In this document: one piece after another, positions 1-10,371 of the stretch | Layout of the letters: every line of letters begins with the position of its first letter | Numbering within the stretch: position 1 is the stretch's first letter | Position numbers and translations under genes: made by a program | DNA from: Novakomyces olei | Taxonomy: Eukaryota | Reading direction: 5' to 3' | DNA length: 64,000 nt | Assembly (NCBI GenBank): GCA_016906335.1 | Contig: JADEYG010000001.1 | Location: forward strand, 868,001 to 932,000 | Notes under the pieces: generated by a model | Database searches by the model: none | What the model saw: only the letters and a program-made list of their open reading frames with translations | What the model was told of the DNA's origin: nothing

Positions 1-516
1 CTGGAGAATACGTCCTCAGAACGACGGCCTCTATTCTGTGTATGCAGTCGGGCGGCATAGCGCACGGCGCAGTGTAGTCAAAAGCCAACAATCTTCATCG
101 ATAGCCGCTCTACAGTCGTAAAGCTTTCGGCAATGGCAATCAAAGTGCGACACCGTATTTTTGATTAGTCGGCCATTACGTTTATAATTATAATTATTAT
201 TTTTAATTATTATTTTTACTTCCCATTTTTACTTCTTAACTACAATCTCACGAGTCCGGTATCTGATTCAAGTAATCTAACTATCCATTCCTTATAGTAA
301 GGACGAGGCTCTCTATCGACGAAACAGAGTGTGGGATCACAGTCTCAAGAGCGGTATCGCAAAGTAATAGGATTAATCTGTGTGGAACTACGGAAAATGG
401 GCCGTTATAGACCACGGGCAGACGAGCAAATGCATCGGCTGTTCCCTTTGAACTACATATTCCATACGAACCCCTTTGAATTAGTGGATTAAGTGGCTTC
501 AAGGCACTATAGCTCG

Positions 517-675
517 AACATTCAAACATTCAAACATTCAAACATTCAAACATTCAAACATTCAAACATTCAAACATTCAAACATTCAAACATTCAAACA
601 TTCAAACATTCAATTATTCAATTATTCAATTATTCAATTATTCAATTATTCAATTATTCAATTATTCAATTATTT
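517..675. repeat. Compound 8-bp minisatellite: about 12x AACATTCA followed by about 7x ATTATTCA
   Basis: Directly visible; explains the spurious ORF 493..681. Confidence 0.95.
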
Positions 676-872
676 GAATAATTAAAATATTTTGTTAATC
701 ATTATATCACACTAAATTATTAATATATCACTAGATTGTTAAATATACCAGTATTATATTGTTGTGGCGATACGTATATTATTCTGATCTCAGATTATAT
801 AGGTATTTTGACATTTCCTCGGTTCTTGACCCTGCTGATAATCACACCGGCTATGCTCGCTGCTTGGCAACA

Positions 873-2349
873 ATGAGCCGGACAACGCTAGAGCCGTCTC
901 CTGTGCGGCAAAATGGGCCTCGAAAGCGCCATTTACGGCGGCACTCTTCCTGTCTGGTCCCCGAAACTGCAATGGTACAGGATGCAGAGGACGAGGAGTT
1001 TATGCTGTTCAAAGTAAGGTGAAACGCGCTCTAAAGGCGGCGCTGGTGGATGCAAGAAATGATAAAAAAGACAAAAGAATTGAGGGTTGGGAGACGAAGC
1101 TCTCACTCGCACTCCCAATCTGCTTGTTAAACTGCTCCAGGCCAAGACTAACTGGTAGTTTGATCGATTTCTGACGCGACTGGCTCGACGGCTGGATACA
1201 CTTGAGGCGGCAGGTTTAGCCTCACTGGACGAGGCTAAACGGTCGAGCTATGAGGTTCTGAAAAGTGTGCGTGGCTGTGCGTCTGCTCTTTCGCATGATA
1301 GCGTGGCAGCGCTAACCCGGTCGAGGGTAGTCTCTGTGCTTTCCGCTCTTGAAGATGCAGCTACGGCTCATCGTGGACCCTTGGTCGCCCGAGCTCATGC
1401 GGCTATGGAGTACCTCGAGGCCCGTTTGGTGGAGATGGAGGCTACGGTTGTGGACACTAAAGACAGTTTGAACGACGCTACCAGGTTTATGGCTGCTGCA
1501 ATACGTAATGGTGCCATGCGGTTGCTCACTGTAGACGAAATCCCACACGAGTGGAAGAATAATCATTATATTCTCACAGGGTACCGTTTCTACGAGAGCA
1601 AAGCTGCCTGCGTCGTCAGTATATGGCAGGTTCACAACGAAACCGGGAATATCTGGACACATTTGGCAGGACTCGTTCTCCTGTTTGCTTTAGCCTTTTA
1701 TTATTACCCGCGAAGTGCGGCTTTTGATCTTGCCCAGGTGGGGGACAAAGCAGTCGCCGGCGTTTTTCTAGCAGCAGCAGCCAAGTGTTTGGCTTGCTCT
1801 GCCATCTGGCACACGTTTTGTAACCTGGCAAATCTGCGGCAAATGAAAACGGCAGCGTGTATGGATTACGTGGGAATTTCCGTGCTTATAGCTGCCTCTA
1901 TTATAACCATCGAGTATCATTCATTTTATTGTCAGCCCTGGCAGCGGGCGTTTTACATGTCTTTTACGGGATCGCTCGGCCTTATCGGCATTCTCATTCC
2001 GTGGCAGGAATGGTTCGATAAGTATGAAAATAGGCACCTCAAGATTATGTTTTTTGTAGGTATAGCTATCTCTGGAGTTCTTCCAGTTACACATCTTTTC
2101 TTCACTCAGGGCACTATGAAGACGCTGATGTACCTTATGCCCATCAGCAAATCTCTGCTCTCTTACATTATCGGTGTCGTTGCATACGCTTACCACCTGC
2201 CCGAGTCTTTTTCCCCTGGCCGGTTTGATACTATTGGCAACTCCCACCAACTATGGCACATTATGATTCTTTTTGGCATCTGGTACCACTACCAGGCTGT
2301 CATGACGTTTGCTCCACAGAGTCGGGAGTACGCGTGCAGCGGCCTCTAG
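873..2349 (+). CDS. IZH3: PAQR / haemolysin-III family membrane protein with long N-terminus (Izh3-like)
   Basis: PAQR motifs ETGNIWTH, SAIWH, DYVGIS, SHQLWH and multiple TM segments. Exon 1 is 873-1013, intron 1014-1158 (GTAAGG...CTAACtggTAG), exon 2 in frame with ORF 1267..2349. Confidence 0.85.
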
Positions 2350-2735
2350 TCCCGTCGTATGTTATACATATACGTCATACTACGTTTGCATGTGAGTACA
2401 CGTGCACAACAGTCTACACCATACTCGTTAGACTTTGAGTCTACAGAAAGCGTAAAATGGCTGCGCACGTTGGACTCGTGAACGCTCTATAGTTTGTATA
2501 ATACTATAATTTTAGATTTACAAATAAGCTACTATTATTTCCGCTCAAGCTAGATACACGTCCGTCAGGGTTCTTTTGCGACATTGCCACATGGAACATC
2601 CAACGCTATTATCGCCATTGACAAATACTACATTAGACACTACACTGTTCACCGACAGTAAACAGTCTGCTCCAAGTATCAAATCTGTTATTCCAGTGTC
2701 GTAGCCACTTCACCGTAACGCGAAAAGGTCATTAT

Positions 2736-3023
2736 TCATAAAGCAAAATTGCGAGCGATTCTGTCCAATAGTTCTTGCCGAGACCCCGTGGGCTCAAGAC
2801 CCCTCTTGATTCATTAATCTGGTGTCATCTTTCTATGTCGCGCAAATACCCGTTGCAGCCATTGCCGCAGTTCTTTGGTAGACCAGTCGGTCGGATCGCC
2901 GCTCGGTTCTCGGGACGCCGCAAGTCCGCCATCCGCGACAAAGATCGTATACACTGAAGCAACAACAACCAGTGCCGAAAACGCGGCCAGCACTTTTTCG
3001 CGATAGTTCCACGGTTTGGCCAT
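2736..3023 (-). CDS. Small 80-aa single-TM conserved fungal protein with a GDPxxWxxxELRxWL..R..LL.RI module (Ish1/LEM-like)
   Basis: Exon 3023-2850, 45-nt intron 2849-2805 (GTATTT...AAG), exon 2804-2736 encoding RGLEPTGSRQELLDRIARNFAL*. Confidence 0.75.
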
Positions 3024-3083
3024 ATAGTTGCCACAACTACTGTCGATACGTGGATGACGTGCACAATAATATTATACACGCAG

Positions 3084-3323
<240 letters not shown>

Positions 3324-3436
3324 GTCAACAAAAATAATATTATCGAGGCAAATGGCTTTCCCTGCCCAAAGGCACAAAATTGCAAATAGTCGATGGCCGC
3401 CGGCAATGAGACAAGTATGAAAAGCAACTTGTTAAA

Positions 3437-5800
3437 ATGCGCTCTTTGCTGCAATTAGAGCGCCCCATTGCGCATAAATGCTGTGCTCACGACCGCCGGA
3501 AATGTCTACGGCAGAGTTTTCGTTTTTACGCAGCAGAATCGCAGACAGTAGAATCACAATCATCGTCAGCCTTATCGTTTGGCAGTCTTGATCCCAATGA
3601 CACAGCCAGTTTATTCGACTCGCCTGATGCGCGAGAGAATTCAAAGTCAGGAAGGCGGAGGAAAGATCAGAGCGAATTTAAACCAAATGAATGGCTGGAT
3701 CTAGTGAGGCAGTCGATAAATTACAATCCTGTCCCGAAACCGAGTCTACGACCGGTTTTAAAGGCAGCCAATATTGAACGGCGCAGAGCGAAGCAAAGAC
3801 TGTCTGCTCAAAAGCTTGCTCAAAAGTCTGATGGACTGGAGCCGTTAAGCAATTTGCTTGTTCATGGGGATTCACAATTACCAGTTCGTCGGAAATTGGA
3901 AACACAAAAGCAGCAATCCAACACTTTATTGAACCAAAACTTGATCAAGAAAAACAATTTGACTGGCCAAACTCTTAACAATGGTTCTGTTCGGTCTCGA
4001 TTAAAGGCAGTTCGTGAAGATGAGATTTTGAAGTCAATGGGTGATCCCGAGCGTCAAGGCATGAGTAAAATAGAGACTGACAATGGAAACTCTATGGAAT
4101 CTCGTAGTCTTCATATCTCAGAGCTTGAGCGGGTAGAGTCTTCAAAGGTTGAATTTGAAGCAGCAGAGCCTGATAAACTTGCTTTAAAGTCTGAAAGACT
4201 TGACGAAGTGGAAGAAGAGCATGTTACTCTGCCTGACGAAAGCCACGCATTAAACTATGGTCAAAATATTTTAAGCATAAACGATGATACCCCTGCATGT
4301 ATATACAAAGATCCCGAGTTTTCATCAGAATTGGAACAGCCGCAGTCGGACCATGCATCTACTCTTCCCGATGAAAAAGCACAAGGTCAGGACGCATTAT
4401 CGGACGAGTACAGTTCGCAAGTTGCAGAGATCTTGCGGACAAAGAACAAATCGCTTTTCCAAGAATTTTGGAAGAAAGATAGGCGGCGATTAGCAACAAT
4501 GGTGAGCTTACATGTAAGAGCGGGAATTTTCCGATCTTTAACTATGGCTCATGCTAGATGGCTCATAACCGCATTGAAAGCCAACAATTTTGAGCAATCT
4601 CGCTTGAACTTCATCACAGCTTTGTCGTTTTCTCACACAATATCCACTGTGCCTTTGAGGGAAGCCACACAACACTGGGCAGAAGCGCTTGAATGGCTCT
4701 ACGGCTCACAGACTCTTTTTCTTCGCAAACAAACAAACAAAACTCTTCGCTGCCTGGCGTTTAATGGCAACTTGGAGGGCTATGCTCAACTGATCTGCTC
4801 TTTGAACTACGAACCGGCCTGGACACCCACAGGTATAATTCAAATATCGAGAGACCTGGACGCAAGTGGCCGATTGCAAGATGCACTAACAGTACTGGAG
4901 ACGATAAAAGGGCACACATGGTCACTAGCCATGTGCGAGCAGCTACTCGAGCTCTATATAAAAGCCCGCAGCACCGAAAACATAACAAACCTTATCCAAG
5001 AAATGGCAGAGAACGATGTTGTTCCCACACTTCAGACGTTTAACCGTTTATTAAAAACTGCTGTTGACTGTGGCCAGTACGAACTTGGAGATGCATTAGT
5101 AAATGTAATGACACAGCACAGAATTATCAAGGATTCGCGTACTCACGCCCTCATATTCAAAAGCTTGAAAGCGCGCAATCGTCTACCAGCTTACTATGAT
5201 ATTGTATTAAAGGATGCTCAACTCGGAGACGAATCATGCTGGACGGTACAGCGAGCAACGTTTCTAATGACTTCAGTCATGACTCAGCCCGGGCGGGAGC
5301 ATGATGCTATTGATTTGTTCAATCAACTGTTTGACGTAGCTATTCAAAATTTGCTCGGACTGGGCGATCATTGGCTGGTGCAGGGTCGGCCTGATGGATT
5401 GGTGGCCAATGAGGCGGCCATTGTCGTTGCTACGGACGCCTGTCTTCGGTCAAATTTGTTTGGCCGGAAGAAACTTCGACTTGCGTTAATGCGCATGGAT
5501 AAACTACGTAAAGAACCGGAATTGGCAACAGTTTCGGATTCTGTTAAGGCCTTTTATCAGCTTGTGTGCACTAAATCAACAATTCAGGGAATGCTGATAG
5601 TTGCACTAGAATATCTAAACAGTCATGTTCCGGCCCTAGAATTTTTGGACAAATTAATGGAGGCTGATCCTGCAACTTGGCCGGATAAGAGGACTTTTTA
5701 CGGACTTTATGCTGCCATGAAAGCTCACAAACGGTCGGAAAAGTATCTGGGACGAGTGCGCAAGCATATGTCAAAGGCAGGTATTGACTATGGATCCTGA
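3437..5800 (+). CDS. Probable mitochondrial pentatricopeptide-repeat (PPR) protein, 787 aa
   Basis: Arg-rich N-terminus; PPR-like repeats such as VPTLQTFNRLLKTAVDCGQYELGDALVNVMTQHRIIKD and PDKRTFYGLYAA. Confidence 0.75.
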   Translation: MRSLLQLERPIAHKCCAHDRRKCLRQSFRFYAAESQTVESQSSSALSFGSLDPNDTASLFDSPDARENSKSGRRRKDQSEFKPNEWLDLVRQSINYNPVPKPSLRPVLKAANIERRRAKQRLSAQKLAQKSDGLEPLSNLLVHGDSQLPVRRKLETQKQQSNTLLNQNLIKKNNLTGQTLNNGSVRSRLKAVREDEILKSMGDPERQGMSKIETDNGNSMESRSLHISELERVESSKVEFEAAEPDKLALKSERLDEVEEEHVTLPDESHALNYGQNILSINDDTPACIYKDPEFSSELEQPQSDHASTLPDEKAQGQDALSDEYSSQVAEILRTKNKSLFQEFWKKDRRRLATMVSLHVRAGIFRSLTMAHARWLITALKANNFEQSRLNFITALSFSHTISTVPLREATQHWAEALEWLYGSQTLFLRKQTNKTLRCLAFNGNLEGYAQLICSLNYEPAWTPTGIIQISRDLDASGRLQDALTVLETIKGHTWSLAMCEQLLELYIKARSTENITNLIQEMAENDVVPTLQTFNRLLKTAVDCGQYELGDALVNVMTQHRIIKDSRTHALIFKSLKARNRLPAYYDIVLKDAQLGDESCWTVQRATFLMTSVMTQPGREHDAIDLFNQLFDVAIQNLLGLGDHWLVQGRPDGLVANEAAIVVATDACLRSNLFGRKKLRLALMRMDKLRKEPELATVSDSVKAFYQLVCTKSTIQGMLIVALEYLNSHVPALEFLDKLMEADPATWPDKRTFYGLYAAMKAHKRSEKYLGRVRKHMSKAGIDYGS

Positions 5801-6044
5801 AACACTTTCGGCCCGTGTTTTTGACTAAAAGCAAGCATCACCACGTCTGCATTATTAGAATAATTGTATATTAAATGAAATTTAGATGTTAATTGGAAAT
5901 TATTATATTGTAGGCCCCATCGTTTATTATATTTGTCCATAAAGAATAAAATTGCTGCATCATACAAAATAGCTAATCCATACTATACTACTCATACTTT
6001 AATCATATCCATGTGCGTCATAGGCGAAAAGGGACAGGAAAACA

Positions 6045-7011
6045 ATGGACGAGCAAATAGAAGAGCTCCTGACTCACATTGAAGACAAAGCTGACAGGTA
6101 AGAGCTCAAATTCGTCTACATCTGTGCTAATTGCAAGTCTTCAAAACGATGCCCGACTTTTGATCGGAATTGCAGGCATCCCGGGATCAGGAAAGACTGT
6201 ATATCATCCTTGTTTGATCTATTTCTAAAAGAATTCCATATAGACAATTGCTTCATCGTTAGTGAATATTATCAATGCGGCGGCCCAGATAGGCGGTGAG
6301 CCCGAGCGAGCCGCTCTTGTCCCAATGGTATACCGAAAGGATTTGATTTGATTTATTCTGTTATATTTTATTTATTTATTTATCTTGTCTTGATTTCTAA
6401 CTTTGTTAGGATGGATTCCACTTGCCAAGAAGTGCTCTAGACGAGATGCCAGATCCAGCAGAAGCACATGCGCGACGAGGGGCGCCTTTTACTTTTGATC
6501 CTGAGCGATTACTTCAATTGGTCATTCGATTACGTGACGCAAAGGAAACAGTTTACGCGCCGAGTTTTGATCATGCAAAGAAAGATCCAGTCGAGGACGA
6601 TATACAAATACTGCCGTCGCAGCGGATCATTATTTTAGAGGGCAATTACCTTTTGCTCAAGGATCACCCGTGGTGCGATATTGCTGCACAAATGGACGAG
6701 CTGTAAGTGCCTGAAACATTGACGAAGAGATAAAGAAATTAAAATAAAACCACCCAAAATCACTGCGATGAGAAGAAAGATGAAAACTTTTTGAGAATGC
6801 TTCTGACAATAGCTGGCTTGTAACTGTGGACGAGGAGCACGCTGCGAAGCGTGTAGCGCAACGTCACTTGGTCTCAGGGATTGTGGACACGTACGACAAG
6901 GGGCTGGAAAGGTTCTATTCAAATGATTTGCCCAATGGCAAATACATTTTGGCCAATTCTTTACCTCCACATCGTACTATTATTAGTGTAGACATACCAG
7001 CTGAACATTGA
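6045..7011 (+). CDS. P-loop kinase of the uridine kinase / phosphoribulokinase family (Yfh7/YggC-like), 5 exons
   Basis: Spliced Walker A GIAGIPGSGKT, PMDGFHL, RRGAPFTFD, PSFDHAKKDP, EGNYLLL; four canonical introns keep frame. Confidence 0.88.
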
Positions 7012-7238
7012 CGATCATGATGGAATGAATCAAGACTAGAAATTCAGAAATTATGGAATCAATTGACAATGAAATTTGCATTATAGTTCAAAGATATAGT
7101 TGGTAAAATGGCCAAGGAATGTTTATTTATCTATTATTTTTTCATCTATCTATCCCTATTCTTATGCTCTACTTTATTTGCAAGTCAAACATATGGGCAT
7201 TCATCATACACACACATATATATATATATATACAATCT

Positions 7239-8558
7239 TCACGAGGCATGTAAAGGGCTGGGACTCCGCTCACGATCGCCCAGCCCGTCCACTATATCAA
7301 ATCCACGGGAATAAACTTGGCTAATTAAAGCTGCTTCAGCCATTGCAGAGCCATCAACACCTTCCGACTGGCGATGCTCGTCTTGTAAAACATCCAGCCA
7401 AGAACTACGTTGCTCCTCTGCTTCTGCCTCAGGTGCCAATGCCTCCGTTTCTTCCATAAACGACCTCTCCCGCTGTAAATTGGGCGAAGCAATTGAATCG
7501 TGCGGGGACCTGTAGCTGTGCGCCGGTGCGAACCCCCGTGTTAGTTGAGCAAAGGTATCGGATTGCGGCGCTTCTTCAGACCTGGAAGAACTCTGAGTGA
7601 GCCGGGCAATAACGTCACCTGATCCTCTTAATGCTCGTCTCCTTCGGCCTTGCAGAGCATGGACACGTCTCAGCCGATGATTTTGCGATTGAGCCCGGAG
7701 CCTCTGTACTATAGTATTTTCATCCGGTAGTACGTTTAAATCAGCGGCAGAAAGCCGCTGGTTTATATGGCTAATGCCTTCCGTCTCCGGATCACCCCCA
7801 CCAAAAATACTGCCGCAATTACCTCCACCATGAAGAACTAGGGAGGGGAACTCTCGCACTGCCGTTTCGTGCCAAAAGGTCTCGAGCCGGCGAGGCACGT
7901 CTTGGCCATTGCACTCCTCGTGCCCCAGAGCAGCTGACAATTCGGGTACACTTTGAGCAGCCGACCCTGGTTCCCTCTCTGCTTCTGCTGTCAAAGGACG
8001 ACTACGTCTCGGCTGAACAAGGCTGCGTAATGCACTAGCACGCTCACGTACGCGTCTTGTCTCTGATGGCGTGTTGGAAGCAACAGACGCGTAAGTCAGC
8101 AACCGTGTATCATCGGGCCGTTCGCTTCCGGTAAAGCTGAAATTGCTACGCGAACCAGTAGCGAGCCAATCAAGCGCGTTCCTGTAAACGTTCTCTACTG
8201 CGTGCGAATGAGCACCATTTGCTGCCAGGGAAAACGAGGAAGGAAGATTTGCTAATTGCTGAGCCAATCGTGACTCTGCTTCATGGCCGATTTGACGCCA
8301 AACGTCAAAATTTGAGTCTGTTTGCTGTTCTTCACTGCCTCTCACTTCTTGCTGATGATTGGGCGGCCGGGAACTTGCTTCCACCTGGAAAGACGCACGG
8401 TCCCTGGGTAATGAGAAATTTGTGCGTGGGCCACGGACTGCATTGCTGCGTCGAATAGACCCGGACAGTGGTGAGTGCTTGCTGATATTGTGCCGTGATT
8501 TATGAATGCAAGTAGAGGGGTCTGGTGGTAGCGGAGTACGACGAAGTGGTAAGCCCAT
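7239..8558 (-). CDS. Hypothetical, mostly disordered fungal protein (MGLPL... N-terminus; DGLGDRERSPSP near C-terminus)
   Basis: Long single ORF; both terminal motifs resemble, from memory, an uncharacterised ascomycete family. Confidence 0.7.
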   Translation of the reverse strand: MGLPLRRTPLPPDPSTCIHKSRHNISKHSPLSGSIRRSNAVRGPRTNFSLPRDRASFQVEASSRPPNHQQEVRGSEEQQTDSNFDVWRQIGHEAESRLAQQLANLPSSFSLAANGAHSHAVENVYRNALDWLATGSRSNFSFTGSERPDDTRLLTYASVASNTPSETRRVRERASALRSLVQPRRSRPLTAEAEREPGSAAQSVPELSAALGHEECNGQDVPRRLETFWHETAVREFPSLVLHGGGNCGSIFGGGDPETEGISHINQRLSAADLNVLPDENTIVQRLRAQSQNHRLRRVHALQGRRRRALRGSGDVIARLTQSSSRSEEAPQSDTFAQLTRGFAPAHSYRSPHDSIASPNLQRERSFMEETEALAPEAEAEEQRSSWLDVLQDEHRQSEGVDGSAMAEAALISQVYSRGFDIVDGLGDRERSPSPLHAS

Positions 8559-9703
8559 TGTCACAGGTGAGGCCTGTAAAGAAGGAATAATAAGGGTAGA
8601 GCACTAGTCGAAAATCAAAAAGCAGATGGAGCAGACAGCAAACAAAAGTGCCAAGTGGCAGGCACTTGACAGGTATATTCCTTTCTCTTGCTTTGGTACA
8701 GAGTTTACTGTTTGCTGGTAAACTCTTTTTGTTTTGTTGCCTATTTATTTCTCTGTTTCTTGCTTGCCCCTTTTACCGTCTACAGTCAGATTATCACGTC
8801 CTGTAACGTGTAATGTAGTGCCAGCAGCAAACCCTAAGCAGCGACTCGAGCGAGAAGAAACAGGAGGCGTCCGTGGCAAAAGGCTCTCCTATACGGCGAC
8901 AGAAGCCTTGTCCAAGTGTAGTCGACGTATAAAGCCAGGCCACAAAGAGATACTCAGGCAGCGATTAAACGCCCAGCAGATCTAGACCCCAGCTTTGCAC
9001 AAAACTAGTCCCTAGTTTCGTGCAGGCAACACCCGATAGTCTACGCCAGTCACCTCAGCCAAACCGTATTCGAGCACAAAACTGTTGAAAGACGGCGAGG
9101 CACGGGCCAAACGGCTCAAGGCATTCAAAGAGCAGCCAAATTCGAAAAATCTTGGTCAAGCTCAAACGTCTTTGAATAGCCTGTGACAACAGGGATCAGC
9201 CAAAAAAGCACTGCACTGTACTGTACTGCGCTACTAGTTGAGATGCTCCACATAAACCTTGTAAAATCTTTAAGCCTTTTTCGCCTCTCGAGACTCTTCA
9301 AGAACAGTCAGCCATCTGCTCTGATCCCAAATGCCGTGCGAATAGTGTGTAATGCTATACATATAATAAATTCAAGTATTACTGGCCCAACAAAATCTGT
9401 ATTTTTAGGGTTAGGCTTCTCGCACATTTGATAATACACCAAATATTTACTATTTGGCTAGGTGGCATCCTTAAATGTATCTTATCTTGTTATTTCATTA
9501 TAAAAAGATTTTATTAATTTTAATGCATTTTAAATGCTATAAATGATAATATATGTATATCTCCATAAATTTTTATACCTATTAGAAACACGATTGGCAC
9601 TGTGGCTAAAACATTTCCATTAGATTTGTATGTGAGTACCCTAGATTCTTCTAATACTATGATTAATACCATAGCCTATCAGATTAAATATTGTTCGTCG
9701 GCA

Positions 9704-10093
9704 ATGGATGATTTTGGCTTCACCGACGATCTTATCGCTGAAGCAGCGCAGACAACGCGACCCGCTCAACAGAGGTGTGTTTGGGATGGCAAAGATTGGA
9801 CTGCGCGGATTCAAGAGCGCGAGGTAAGAATTCTGTTCGCAGCAATTAATAACAATAATAAGGGACCGTTAGAGAATGATAAAGTTGCAGCAGAGTATGC
9901 CTACTATATGCGTGACTACGCACACGCGTTACAGCTAGCAGAAAGGGCACTGGAACACCCTTACCTAAATGTTCCTGGCAGTGAGACGGCCAAATTCTCG
10001 CCGCTGGCTTTGTCGTCCGACGATATCGCCAGTTTGGAGGCTATTATCAATCGCTGCCGCAGTAGAGCGGTTTCCACCTCGGAAACTCGGTGA
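9704..10093 (+). CDS. Small hypothetical helical (TPR-like) protein
   Basis: MDDFGFTDD start; AEYAYYMRDYAHALQLAE helix pair; possible in-frame 39-nt intron at 9824-9862. Confidence 0.55.
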   Translation: MDDFGFTDDLIAEAAQTTRPAQQRCVWDGKDWTARIQEREVRILFAAINNNNKGPLENDKVAAEYAYYMRDYAHALQLAERALEHPYLNVPGSETAKFSPLALSSDDIASLEAIINRCRSRAVSTSETR

Positions 10094-10371
10094 CATTGGC
10101 TACGCCGAGATATGGAACGGCTATTATACCTTGAAAATGAACTACTTTGGACATTTGAGCTTTGAGCGGCGTACTGGTACTGGCGCTGTTCAAGATATCG
10201 GTTTATCCACGTAATTATTAGCATTTGCACATGATTAGGATTAATGTATAAATTTTGGAGATATGTCTCGCACATAATTATTTACACTTTGTAGGAACTC
10301 GGTATAGTTTTAGTTATATTTATATTTATATTTATATTTAATTCTACTGTCATAATTTTTATAAAATATTC

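Noticed and set aside
1..529. Possible gene fragment at the window edge, and ORF 281..529
   Set aside because: No recognisable motif; the ORF starts in the minisatellite; only small hairpins and no known RNA family signature
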